The notes beneath the pieces are model-generated. The model searched no databases, was not told where the DNA came from, and saw only the letters and a program-made list of their open reading frames with translations. From a virus (taxonomy: Duplodnaviria; Caudoviricetes): a stretch of DNA of 37,849 nt. The translations under genes and the position numbers were made by a program. Positions 9,670 to 18,348 of the stretch are shown here, piece by piece. Within the stretch, counting starts at the first letter, position 1. Each line of letters starts with the position of its first letter. The stretch spans positions 1-37,849 of the IMG/VR virus record IMGVR_UViG_3300016484_000127; one strand, written 5' to 3'.

Positions 9670-10701
9670 TTAAGATACGATTAAACGAACACCAGCGTAA
9701 ACGTCACGGATTGTTGAGCATACGCGCTTCTCGCAAAATAGCGTGATATAACCAGCTTGTGTTTGCTCTAGACGTTGGATTTTCATTTCTTCATTGTCAG
9801 CGATTGTGACAAATCTATCCCAAGCCGCTAGATAAACAGGGTATGCGCCAGTTGCAATTTCGCTCATATACGGATTTGCTACTACTGGATGACCAAAAAT
9901 GTTGCCAACAGCAAAGCCTTCTTTTTCGCCAATATCTAGGAATAAAGGCATGCCAGCATCGTCTTTAAGGTTGCGCAAGTATTCAATCGTGGTTGGATGC
10001 ATCATCCATGCGGTGCTTTCCATGTTCCAGTATTGAGATGGAAGGGCTGAAGCAAGCGCTGTTAAATCAGCATATGTAATAGCGCCAGCGCCAGCAGTTG
10101 CTACTTCAAGCATTGTGTGACGGCCAGCAGAAGTGCTAGAGCCGTTTGTACCCCAAGCGGCGGCTGAAGTTGAGCCAGCATAATAATTTAAACCGCGAAG
10201 GCCGTATGTTTGGCCAGTTGTAGGCGTGCTGTCACCTGAACTTAAATCGTTGTTAAGCATCATTGATAGCGCTTCTTGTTGAGCAAATTCAAGCGCGATG
10301 TCTTGAACAATGCTTTCATCTAGACCGTTTACGTCAGCTAATACCGCTTCACGTACAGGAACGGTTGCATTGATAGACTTAATGCTAATTTGCCAAAAGG
10401 CTACGCTTTCGTTGCCTACGTTTGTTTTGATACCGTAGCCCCAAGGGTTATCAGTACCACTTTGGATTAAGGTTGCATTACCTTTTTTTACTACAAAAGC
10501 CTCGTCAGAACCTGTTGTGTTAATAACGCGGGCTAATGCTCGAATAGGGTTGGCCATACGCAAAGTTGCGAAGGCATCATCATAAATAACACGGCCACCA
10601 ACGCCTGAACCCGATGCAGTCAGGTTGGATGCCTCTTTTAAATTGACTGTCGCCTCACCTTCGGTCAAGGCTTTTTTTACGGCTTCAAGAATTAGGCTCA
10701 T
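9670..10701 (-). CDS. Major capsid protein paralogue 2 (HK97 fold, no long scaffold domain)
   Basis: Aligns by eye with the mature part of 10762-12123; WMMHP..., GNIFGHPVV, GYITLFCEKRV; start set at ATG 10701, downstream of the terminator. Confidence 0.88.
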   Translation of the reverse strand: MSLILEAVKKALTEGEATVNLKEASNLTASGSGVGGRVIYDDAFATLRMANPIRALARVINTTGSDEAFVVKKGNATLIQSGTDNPWGYGIKTNVGNESVAFWQISIKSINATVPVREAVLADVNGLDESIVQDIALEFAQQEALSMMLNNDLSSGDSTPTTGQTYGLRGLNYYAGSTSAAAWGTNGSSTSAGRHTMLEVATAGAGAITYADLTALASALPSQYWNMESTAWMMHPTTIEYLRNLKDDAGMPLFLDIGEKEGFAVGNIFGHPVVANPYMSEIATGAYPVYLAAWDRFVTIADNEEMKIQRLEQTQAGYITLFCEKRVCSTIRDVYAGVRLIVS

Positions 10702-10726
10702 ATCATTTCCAATCTTAAAATTTAAG

Positions 10727-10750
10727 AAAAGAGGGAGGCCGTAGCCTCCC
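10727..10750 (-). terminator. Intrinsic terminator between the two capsid genes
   Basis: Minus strand GGGAGGC-TACG-GCCTCCC-TCTTTT (UNCG tetraloop with C-G closing pair). Confidence 0.8.
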
Positions 10751-10761
10751 ACTTTCGTTTA

Positions 10762-12123
10762 TTACGCTAAATTAGCTGTCGCTGTTGAGCGGTAGCGAAT
10801 GATTGCGTAAGGGTCAACCACGCTGGTTGCTAGACGTTTTTCGCCGAAGAATGTGATAAATCCTGGGGCTGTCTGGTCATAGCGGCGTAAAACCATATTC
10901 AAACGGTCAACGATTGTGTGGCCACGTGACCAGTCACCGAAGTACATTGGATATAGAGATACGTCATCAGCGCCAGTAGCTGTTGATGATGATGGGTTGT
11001 CCAAGTATTTGTTAACAACAACATCGAAGCCTAACAAGCGGCCAACGATACCGTCATAAACCAATGGATCCATACGTTCAAATACTGGTGTGCCGTTGTC
11101 ATCTGTCAAGCCACGGATTTGAGCCAAGAATAATGGATTTACAACGAATTTCGCTGAAGTTGTCCAGTATTGTTGTGGCAAGCTATGGATGAAGTTGATA
11201 AGGTCTTTGTAAGTCACGTTAGCCGCGCCTACAACGTCACCGTTAGTTGTGATTTGGTCATATGTAGCGATTTCATGCAAACCGCTTGTAGAACCTGTAC
11301 CACTTGTACCGAATGAAGCTGTTGAGATTGTGCCGCCAGTATATGTAGCGTTAGCGCCACCGTACTGGTTAAGACCGCGCAAACCGTTTGAGCCACCATA
11401 TGGTAATGATGTTGAGCCTTGGTCATCATTCTGAATCATTGACAATGCTTCAGCTTGTGAGAACTCAACCAACATATCGTCAACAACATTGCTTTCCAAG
11501 CCGTCAATGTCGTCTAGCGCCGCTGTACGGATAGGGAATTGTACGTTCAAGTCTTGCAATGTTAATTGCCAAATGTTTGTGTTTTCAGTTGTAGCTGAAC
11601 CGTTGTTTTGGATTGCATAACCCCATGCTGGGCCAGCGTTGCCGACTTTAGCGCGGAATTGATATGTTGAGCCGTCTGTTGATACGTTGCGAGATACGCC
11701 GCGCATTGGGTTGGCTAAACGTAGTGGGTGGAATACAGGGTCATACGCTGTACGGCCACCGACACCAGCGCCGCCGCCTGTCAATGCTGAAGCCTCTTTC
11801 ATGTAGGCATCATATTGGCTTTCATCTTCAAACATTTTGAAGTCAGGGCGTGTAACGCCTGATTTCACGAACTCTTTAAGTTGTGAACGCACCATTTTGT
11901 TTACATCTTCGCGTACAGTTTTAGCTGGTGAAGAGATAACATTAGCAAATTTAGCTGATGCTACTTTAGCTTCAAGAGCTTGTACAGTTTCTGTAACGCC
12001 AGCAACAGCGGCTTCGATTTTTTCTGCTACTGAAGTTTCAATGCCTGATTTCAAGCTCTCAAGAGCTTCGGCCTGTTTAGCTTCAATCGCATCTACTTTT
12101 TCTAATACTAAATCAATAGACAT
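10762..12123 (-). CDS. Major capsid protein 1 (HK97 family, with N-terminal coiled-coil delta domain)
   Basis: 453 aa after the protease; GRLLGFDVVV, YFGDW, GFITFFGEKR. Confidence 0.93.
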   Translation of the reverse strand: MSIDLVLEKVDAIEAKQAEALESLKSGIETSVAEKIEAAVAGVTETVQALEAKVASAKFANVISSPAKTVREDVNKMVRSQLKEFVKSGVTRPDFKMFEDESQYDAYMKEASALTGGGAGVGGRTAYDPVFHPLRLANPMRGVSRNVSTDGSTYQFRAKVGNAGPAWGYAIQNNGSATTENTNIWQLTLQDLNVQFPIRTAALDDIDGLESNVVDDMLVEFSQAEALSMIQNDDQGSTSLPYGGSNGLRGLNQYGGANATYTGGTISTASFGTSGTGSTSGLHEIATYDQITTNGDVVGAANVTYKDLINFIHSLPQQYWTTSAKFVVNPLFLAQIRGLTDDNGTPVFERMDPLVYDGIVGRLLGFDVVVNKYLDNPSSSTATGADDVSLYPMYFGDWSRGHTIVDRLNMVLRRYDQTAPGFITFFGEKRLATSVVDPYAIIRYRSTATANLA

Positions 12124-12134
12124 GATGTTTTCCT

Positions 12135-12914
12135 TTATTTAAGACGTTTTTCAAGTGCCTTTGTTAGCTCGCGCAATTCAAGTGCTTTGAGCAATTCTTG
12201 GGCTTCATCCACCGCGTCAGGCTCACCCTGATTAGGTGTGTTTTCAAGGGCTTTAGTAGCATCACGCTGTTCCAAAACTTTCTTGAAAATACTGGACGCG
12301 GTGGTCGCATCCTTTTTCGAGATACCAGCTTCACGCAAGGCTTTCTCTAAAACACGTGGATTGATATGGCCTTCAGCGTCAAACGCCTCCAGCTTGCTGA
12401 TTTCAGCATTCGGGTTGTTCGGGTACATTACAACAGAAACTTCGCGCAAACCGCCTTTGGTGATTTGGAAGTATGCCTCATCGCCATCGTCAGGCTCGCC
12501 TTCAGCGTTTACCATGCACGCTTCTTCAGCGTAAGCGCCTACTGAAACGCCGCCAAACATATTAGGGCTTTCTTTTAGAACGCTGTAAACGTCTGAACCG
12601 CCTTGTGTACTCAAGTACAAGCGGCCTTTGGCTTCCATGCCCATATCGGTGAACTCAAATGAATTCCACTCGCCGATAGGCATTCCCAAGTCGTTGTGAT
12701 TTAAAAACATTGGTAAAGGTTTGCCAGTTTCCATGAAATTAGATGCCCATTCTTGGAAACCTTCAGGCTGGTAGTTGAAGCGGCGGCCATCAGCGCCTTC
12801 GCGTGCGCCCCATGTGGTTACGACTGCTTCAATTAAACCGCTTGGATTTTGATTTTCGTTTGCTTCGGCGATTAGGTTGAGCTTCGCTTCGCAAATCAGT
12901 TGTAGATTTTTCAT
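12135..12914 (-). CDS. HK97-family prohead protease
   Basis: PMFLNH...PIG, GVSVG, LREVSVV.YP.N..A. Confidence 0.92.
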   Translation of the reverse strand: MKNLQLICEAKLNLIAEANENQNPSGLIEAVVTTWGAREGADGRRFNYQPEGFQEWASNFMETGKPLPMFLNHNDLGMPIGEWNSFEFTDMGMEAKGRLYLSTQGGSDVYSVLKESPNMFGGVSVGAYAEEACMVNAEGEPDDGDEAYFQITKGGLREVSVVMYPNNPNAEISKLEAFDAEGHINPRVLEKALREAGISKKDATTASSIFKKVLEQRDATKALENTPNQGEPDAVDEAQELLKALELRELTKALEKRLK

Positions 12915-13040
12915 AAATCACCCCATTGTGAATAGATTGATTGTCGTCTGTTATCTTATGGGGCATTTCTTCAAGAGGCAGTTTAACACTAGTCTGCTTT
13001 ATTTGTGAAGTCAATACCGCAATATATTTTTTTAAATTGT

Positions 13041-14432
13041 TCATTTACCGATATTCATTTTGCGGGTCTGATTGCCCCCGCCGCCGCCAGTATCTTGAGG
13101 GCTTGTGCCAGCGATTGGCTCGGTTGCTTTGCCGCCTGTTAATTCATCAGCGCCGTCCATTTCGCACATATTAAGATATTCGCGGGCTTCATTGGGCGTC
13201 ATGATACCAGCATTCACGCCAGCAGTAACAAAATTCATTTGGTCTAATGCCGCGCCTTTTAAGAAGTCTTTAGTGTCAAAACGAATAACTAGGTTTGGAT
13301 AGCCTTTGAGCAAGTGCTGTTTGAGTTTTTGCTCAATGCTGACAATCATCGGGTACATCGTGGTTTTGTAGAACTCGTCAAGCATTGTCTGCGTGTTGTT
13401 GTATTTAGCATCTGTCACGCCAATCATTGCTGGAGGCACGCCAAAAAGGGCGCAGATACGTTTTGTTGTTTGCAATTTCAATTCGCGGGCATCCGCATCT
13501 TGAAGGGTAAGCATATCAACAGGGGTGTATCTCATGCCTTGGTCAAGCAACATACCTTGACCGGCTTTAGAAGGGTCGGTGTTGCGTGAGCCTGTAAGTT
13601 GGTTCCAAGTTTCCTTGAGGCGGCTAGCAATCTCTTTGTATTTTGCGTCAGGGATTACTTGGTCAGTCGTGAAAATCCCGCTAGGCTTCGCGCCGTTTTG
13701 CATGATGAAGTTTGAATAAACATCAATGTCTTGGTCTAGGGCAATCAATTCGGTTGCCAAAATACCTTTGTTGAAACCGCTTGAACCTTGCCACGCGGCC
13801 TCTTTGATATGCATAACTTGCCAATAATCTAATGGCTGGTCTTTGCTAAATCCGTATGAGGGCGTTGAAAGACGATAGAATGGATAACGCATTTCGGTGA
13901 TGCCGACTGTAATTAGGGTCGCATCTAGGTTATACATTTCAAGCGGGGTTGAAGTTGGGTCTTTTTGGTCTTTACGCCACCAAAGGGTAAAGGCCTCGCC
14001 AGCTAAATCCTCCCACATACTCCACTGATACCAAAATTCATAAGCGGTTTGGAAGTTGTTAGGATTTTGAAGTAGGTTTAAAACTTGTTTGGCTTTGGCT
14101 TTATCTCTTGGGCCAACATTTTCGTCTGTAAGCGCATTAACAAGAGTGCCGTCATCGGCTTTACTGAAAATCTCGATATTACATTGAGCAAGTGCGCGGG
14201 CTTTGACGTTTACGCATGACATTACCGTTGAATTGCGGGTAAGCGCTGAAATATCTAGAACGCGGCCAGCAACGGTTGTGCTAGACGTTGTAACGTACAA
14301 AAGCTGATTAGCAGTTGGCTGTTTTTGCGTAGTGCCGTAAACAACCTGATTACCAAGCTGGAGCTGGCCTAATACAGTATTCGACTCATTTTGTGTAGTA
14401 TTTTTTCGTCTGAAAATGTCTAAAATAGCCAT
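13041..14432 (-). CDS. HK97-family portal protein
   Basis: V.SCV.V.A..LA, PN..QT..EFW, NGAKPSG, ICALFGVPP, GIMTPNEAR. Confidence 0.95.
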   Translation of the reverse strand: MAILDIFRRKNTTQNESNTVLGQLQLGNQVVYGTTQKQPTANQLLYVTTSSTTVAGRVLDISALTRNSTVMSCVNVKARALAQCNIEIFSKADDGTLVNALTDENVGPRDKAKAKQVLNLLQNPNNFQTAYEFWYQWSMWEDLAGEAFTLWWRKDQKDPTSTPLEMYNLDATLITVGITEMRYPFYRLSTPSYGFSKDQPLDYWQVMHIKEAAWQGSSGFNKGILATELIALDQDIDVYSNFIMQNGAKPSGIFTTDQVIPDAKYKEIASRLKETWNQLTGSRNTDPSKAGQGMLLDQGMRYTPVDMLTLQDADARELKLQTTKRICALFGVPPAMIGVTDAKYNNTQTMLDEFYKTTMYPMIVSIEQKLKQHLLKGYPNLVIRFDTKDFLKGAALDQMNFVTAGVNAGIMTPNEAREYLNMCEMDGADELTGGKATEPIAGTSPQDTGGGGGNQTRKMNIGK

Positions 14433-14462
14433 AATAAACTCCCGTTTTTGCTCGATGTTACA

Positions 14463-16130
14463 CTAAAAACTTCTGAAACCAAAACTATTTGACGCGAATG
14501 GATTGTCCAACGAACAATGCATCGCAATAATAAGTGCGATGATACCATCAACCTTTGCTGATTTGTCAGCTTCGTTTTTGCGCACCTTGATATTACCATT
14601 GATGTCGGTGAACACTTCGCAGTTGGCAAGTTGCCATCCGACAAACGGATTGCCGTTGTGTTTAATCTGTTTATTCAAAATCAGTTTCTCAACGCATTTA
14701 GACGGGTTATTCAGCACGGCCATCCCTTGTCCAACCTTTTTAACGGGCATTCCAGCGTCATTTAGCCTTGCGACTAGAGAGGCCGCGTTGTAAGCGTCAT
14801 AGCCAACCTCTTTCAGCATTGGGTATTTGTCGGCCTGTTGTTGGATGTAGGCCGATATTTCGCGGTCATCCATCACATTGCCTTCGGTAAGTTTCAAAAT
14901 GCCGCTATCCCTAGCAACCCTGAAAATATCCTGATAGTGTTTTGGAATTAAAAACATACTTTCTTCAGGTAAGAAAAATTGCCATTCGGCCTCGAAGTCA
15001 TCATCAGCAAATCGTTTAAGCGTACAGACGGCGTTCAAATCTCGCGTTGCCGCCAAGTCAAATCCAATAAAGACGGCTTCAGGCTCGCGTTGCTCTTTGA
15101 TTAAGCAAACAGGGTCATCCCAATATGTTCGGTCAACCCAAGCCGCGTTTGCGCTTACAAATACATTTAGGGTCTTACATAAAAACTCGTTTAGCACGGC
15201 TGGCTTGTGTTTTGCCTCGTCAGCCCGTTGTTGAATAGCATTTTCAAATACTGAAATGCCGTGCATGGGGTTTACCTTCGCCCAAGTGTCGTGGTCATGC
15301 CAATCGTCTTGCGGGTCTAGGCCGTACAGTAGGCCAAACCATCTAGGGTTATCCCAAGCCTCGCCCGTGAGCATGGTCTTGTACATGAGATAATCCTCAT
15401 AAAACTTGGTTTCTTTAGTGAAGCTGGCCGTGGTGATATAGATGCGAAGCGGGTTTAATCGCGCCACCATACCTGAATGCAAGACTTCAATAGAATTGCG
15501 GTCAACAATTTGCGCGGCCTCGTCAACAATCACGCAAGAGGGATTTTTGCCGTCACCTGTTTTTTTGGTATCGCGGCTCAAGGCCTTAAACATACTTTGA
15601 CTATCGCCGTATTTTTTAATCTCATACTTGCTTGCGTTAAATTGAGCGGCCAATTCAGCGGGCATATTCTCAATAAAGCCTTTGGCGGCATCGAAAACAA
15701 TCGTGGCCTGTTCTCGGTTAGTCGCTAGGGTGAATACTTCAGCGCCAGCCTCGCCGCATAATAGCTCGTAAAGGGCAATAACGGCCGTAAGGGTAGATTT
15801 ACCAGCTTTGCGAGGAATGAATAAAATTACATCCGTCACCATCCGCACGTTCAGGTCTTTTTTACTTCTGAAGCCGTACACGGCGCAAATGAGTAGGATT
15901 TGAAAAGGCTCAAGCACTACGGGTTCGCCCGCTTGGTGGCCTTTAGTATGTTTGAGAATAGAGCCAAAATTTAAAACGTGCTGGGGGAAGCGCTCGTCAA
16001 ATACCCATTCCCACTCTTTGTTTTCATATTGGTCTAAAAAGCGCTGACAGGCTAGGCGCACGTCATTACAGACATTTATTTCGCCCTTCGCTACGTCACG
16101 CGCATAAACAACGCCGTCTTGCCAATTCAT
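14463..16130 (-). CDS. terL: Terminase large subunit
   Basis: Walker A IPRKAGKS, Walker B IVDE, GFDLA nuclease motif, KVDGIIA. Confidence 0.96.
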   Translation of the reverse strand: MNWQDGVVYARDVAKGEINVCNDVRLACQRFLDQYENKEWEWVFDERFPQHVLNFGSILKHTKGHQAGEPVVLEPFQILLICAVYGFRSKKDLNVRMVTDVILFIPRKAGKSTLTAVIALYELLCGEAGAEVFTLATNREQATIVFDAAKGFIENMPAELAAQFNASKYEIKKYGDSQSMFKALSRDTKKTGDGKNPSCVIVDEAAQIVDRNSIEVLHSGMVARLNPLRIYITTASFTKETKFYEDYLMYKTMLTGEAWDNPRWFGLLYGLDPQDDWHDHDTWAKVNPMHGISVFENAIQQRADEAKHKPAVLNEFLCKTLNVFVSANAAWVDRTYWDDPVCLIKEQREPEAVFIGFDLAATRDLNAVCTLKRFADDDFEAEWQFFLPEESMFLIPKHYQDIFRVARDSGILKLTEGNVMDDREISAYIQQQADKYPMLKEVGYDAYNAASLVARLNDAGMPVKKVGQGMAVLNNPSKCVEKLILNKQIKHNGNPFVGWQLANCEVFTDINGNIKVRKNEADKSAKVDGIIALIIAMHCSLDNPFASNSFGFRSF

Positions 16131-16360
16131 AAATCAGCCAATTCTACGGATACCGTTTTGCCGCCTTTTCGTTTTTCCGCTATTTCATTTAAAGCCATAT
16201 CCATAAATGCTTCGGCAAACATACCCATAGTTTCTAGATATTGCTGTCTGCTAGGCTGATATTGATTTGGTCTATTTAACCAAAAATTAAAACAGGATTT
16301 TAAATTCGCCGTTGCTTTCCAACGATTACGAATTTCTATTTTCTTATTTGGATGTTTCAT
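16127..16360 (-). CDS. Hypothetical AT-rich protein inserted between terS and terL
   Basis: ATG 16360 with upstream AGGA; stop overlaps the terL start (ATGA). Confidence 0.6.
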   Translation of the reverse strand: MKHPNKKIEIRNRWKATANLKSCFNFWLNRPNQYQPSRQQYLETMGMFAEAFMDMALNEIAEKRKGGKTVSVELADL

Positions 16361-16399
16361 CTTATATTTTCCTAATACAATAACCATTTTTACGGGGTT

Positions 16400-16873
16400 T
16401 TATCCCGCAAGTGGCCCAGCTAAAAATTTGGCCATCGGGCTTTCATCCTCAACCTTACCAGCGGCCAAGCGGCTACGGGCGGTCAATCCCATTTCGTTCA
16501 TAATCTGAATAATCTGTTTGAGGGCTTCACGTCTGATTGGAATATACGGATTTGGCCCAACTGTCTTGCCATCGTTGTATTGCGTAATCACGCCGCCCTT
16601 CTCAATACCGCGTGAGCATTTAAGATAAAGCTCAATCTGCTCGACTAGAAAGCCCATCATGTGTTGGTCTTGGTCTGTACCAATTCCATAAACTTCATAA
16701 AGCCAGTCGGCCGTTTCCTCAATGAACTTATCCCTGTTCCATAAAGTATGGTCATCCAGCCAGTACGGTTTGGGGATGCGGTTTTTTAATTCTTCAGGGA
16801 TTAGCTTGTTGTTGCCGCGTCTAGACTTGGTGCCATCGACAATGTGCAATTCAGGCGCTTTTCGGTTTCCCAT
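16400..16873 (-). CDS. terS: Terminase small subunit (P27 family)
   Basis: MGNRK.P..H..DG, P.P.WL, NPY, MGLT..SR; AAGGA before ATG 16873. Confidence 0.88.
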   Translation of the reverse strand: MGNRKAPELHIVDGTKSRRGNNKLIPEELKNRIPKPYWLDDHTLWNRDKFIEETADWLYEVYGIGTDQDQHMMGFLVEQIELYLKCSRGIEKGGVITQYNDGKTVGPNPYIPIRREALKQIIQIMNEMGLTARSRLAAGKVEDESPMAKFLAGPLAG

Positions 16874-17040
16874 TTTTTTTCCTTCACGTTTAGGGACATT
16901 CCTTGCCCCCTCCCCACAAATAATACATTGACCCTCCCCCCTAGTCAAATTACTTTACGGGGATTTATAGCACGGGCTTGTTTTTTAACGATGGCGAAAT
17001 GTTTAAGTTTATTGGCCTTTCCGCGTAGGTCGGTTCGTTG

Positions 17041-17481
17041 TCAGCGACACACTCGCGTGTAGTCCATGATGGAATAATCTTTATTAGGTGAGCCGTACTT
17101 ACGATAGATGCCTCGTTGCTCTAGGCTTGTCTTGCTTGAGTGGCAAGAGGTACATAAGGATTGGAATAGGTTGATATAGAAAGCTACTTGGCCTATGTGT
17201 TGCCAAGGGAATACGTGGTCAATGTGTTTGGCTTGGGTGACGATGCCTTGTGATAAGCATGAAGCGCATAAAGGCTCGGTTGATAATTGTATTTGCCTCA
17301 AGGTCTGCCATTGCGCGGTATTGTACATGGCCATCTGCTCTTTACGCTTTTGGCTGTTATCGTAGCGCTTATGGTTGTAAGTATCTCTACCGCCGTGTTC
17401 TAGACAGAAGCTGTTGTGTTTGCTCTTAACATTCTTACATCCTAGTACAGAACACTTGGTGTTGTTAGGTACGGTCGGCAT
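17041..17481 (-). CDS. HNH endonuclease (HK97 gp74-like packaging accessory)
   Basis: PLCASC...HIDH...N.FQSLCTSCHSSKT; directly upstream of terS. Confidence 0.92.
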   Translation of the reverse strand: MPTVPNNTKCSVLGCKNVKSKHNSFCLEHGGRDTYNHKRYDNSQKRKEQMAMYNTAQWQTLRQIQLSTEPLCASCLSQGIVTQAKHIDHVFPWQHIGQVAFYINLFQSLCTSCHSSKTSLEQRGIYRKYGSPNKDYSIMDYTRVCR

Positions 17482-17614
17482 GAGGTTGTTTGTTGCTTGG
17501 GGCTTTCATTGCTCTAGTCTTGGTACACTTACAGCACTTCCATACGTATATGGTTACATCCCTTGTTACGACTACCTTGTGAGAGTCATGGTAACAATGC
17601 TTATGCTTAATCAT
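17465..17614 (-). CDS. Small His/Cys-rich protein (49 aa; not in the ORF track)
   Basis: MIKHKHCYHDSH...WKCCKCTKTR; ATGA overlap upstream and overlap with the HNH start downstream. Confidence 0.6.
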   Translation of the reverse strand: MIKHKHCYHDSHKVVVTRDVTIYVWKCCKCTKTRAMKAPSNKQPHADRT

Positions 17615-18105
17615 CCCAAAAAGCGTAGTTTGTAGATAGTGCTGTCAATCAATGAGGCAATCTCATCAATCATGTTTTGTAGCTCGCTATCCTGTACAAA
17701 GTCAGCGCGGGCGGTCTTAACAAACTCGGATAGGCTAATCATGTATTCAATAGATGAAGCGGGCATATCGCCAGCATCTAGAATGTAATCATTCACCAAG
17801 CCGTATTTGCCTTGATAGGCTTCAATAAGGCCGTCAACAAGGTCGCTAACACCTTCATAAAACGCGCCAAGCGCCATATGCTCGGAATATGAGCGGCTCT
17901 TGAGGTGAAACATATGCGTGATTGTTACTGAATGAAGCAAGCCTGATAAAAATTCTTCAACCATGATTGAACCCTCCGTCAATTCGTTTTCGCCTTTGTA
18001 ACCGTGAGCGTATGCGGCTCTAGCTACTGCCAACGCTTGTGCTTTGGTATCAAATGGGCCTTTTCCGCCCCAATACCATCCCTTGTCTGTATGTCTGATA
18101 GGCAT
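17611..18105 (-). CDS. Ferritin/Dps-like (DUF5856-like) protein with an N-terminal extension
   Basis: H..HL....SY..H.AL..FYE....D.L.E.YQG and ELQN..DEI......YKL; second RBS (GGAGGG) and ATG at 17964. Confidence 0.75.
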   Translation of the reverse strand: MPIRHTDKGWYWGGKGPFDTKAQALAVARAAYAHGYKGENELTEGSIMVEEFLSGLLHSVTITHMFHLKSRSYSEHMALGAFYEGVSDLVDGLIEAYQGKYGLVNDYILDAGDMPASSIEYMISLSEFVKTARADFVQDSELQNMIDEIASLIDSTIYKLRFLG

Positions 18106-18348
18106 TTAATGTACCCTTAATTCGCGTTTTGTTAATTGTCGCCTTTTGCAGTAGTTTTTGCAACCGCAATGAGGCTCAACCTTCCAATCAGGCAATTCAC
18201 CGTAGCGCCACATTTTTTCTGCCATATATTGCCTCAATACCTTACACGGCTCGGACATGAGATAGCGCTCACGACAAGACGGGCAAGACAGGTCAAATGT
18301 ATGTTTGTGTCCAGCTTCGCAACAGATACATTTAATCCCAATAGTCAT
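18106..18348 (-). CDS. Small Cys-rich hypothetical protein
   Basis: CICC, CPSC, C, HCGC...C; overlaps the TET stop and abuts the next start. Confidence 0.7.
   Translation of the reverse strand: MTIGIKCICCEAGHKHTFDLSCPSCRERYLMSEPCKVLRQYMAEKMWRYGELPDWKVEPHCGCKNYCKRRQLTKRELRVH

Noticed and set aside
10702-10752. N-terminal extension of MCP2, or a read-through fusion of MCP1 and MCP2
   Set aside because: The extension starts inside the terminator hairpin, and MCP1 ends in two TAA stops with no slippery site.
12829-13044. 71-aa ORF between the portal and protease genes
   Set aside because: It has an ATGA overlap with the portal and may be real, but it overlaps the protease by 86 nt and has no motif, so it was left uncalled.
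5114-16931. Many plus-strand ORFs of 60-100 aa opposite the structural genes
   Set aside because: They are antisense shadows of well-supported genes and show no recognisable motifs.
16389-16962. TTTACGGGG repeated on both sides of terS
   Set aside because: Two copies of a 9-mer are expected by chance.
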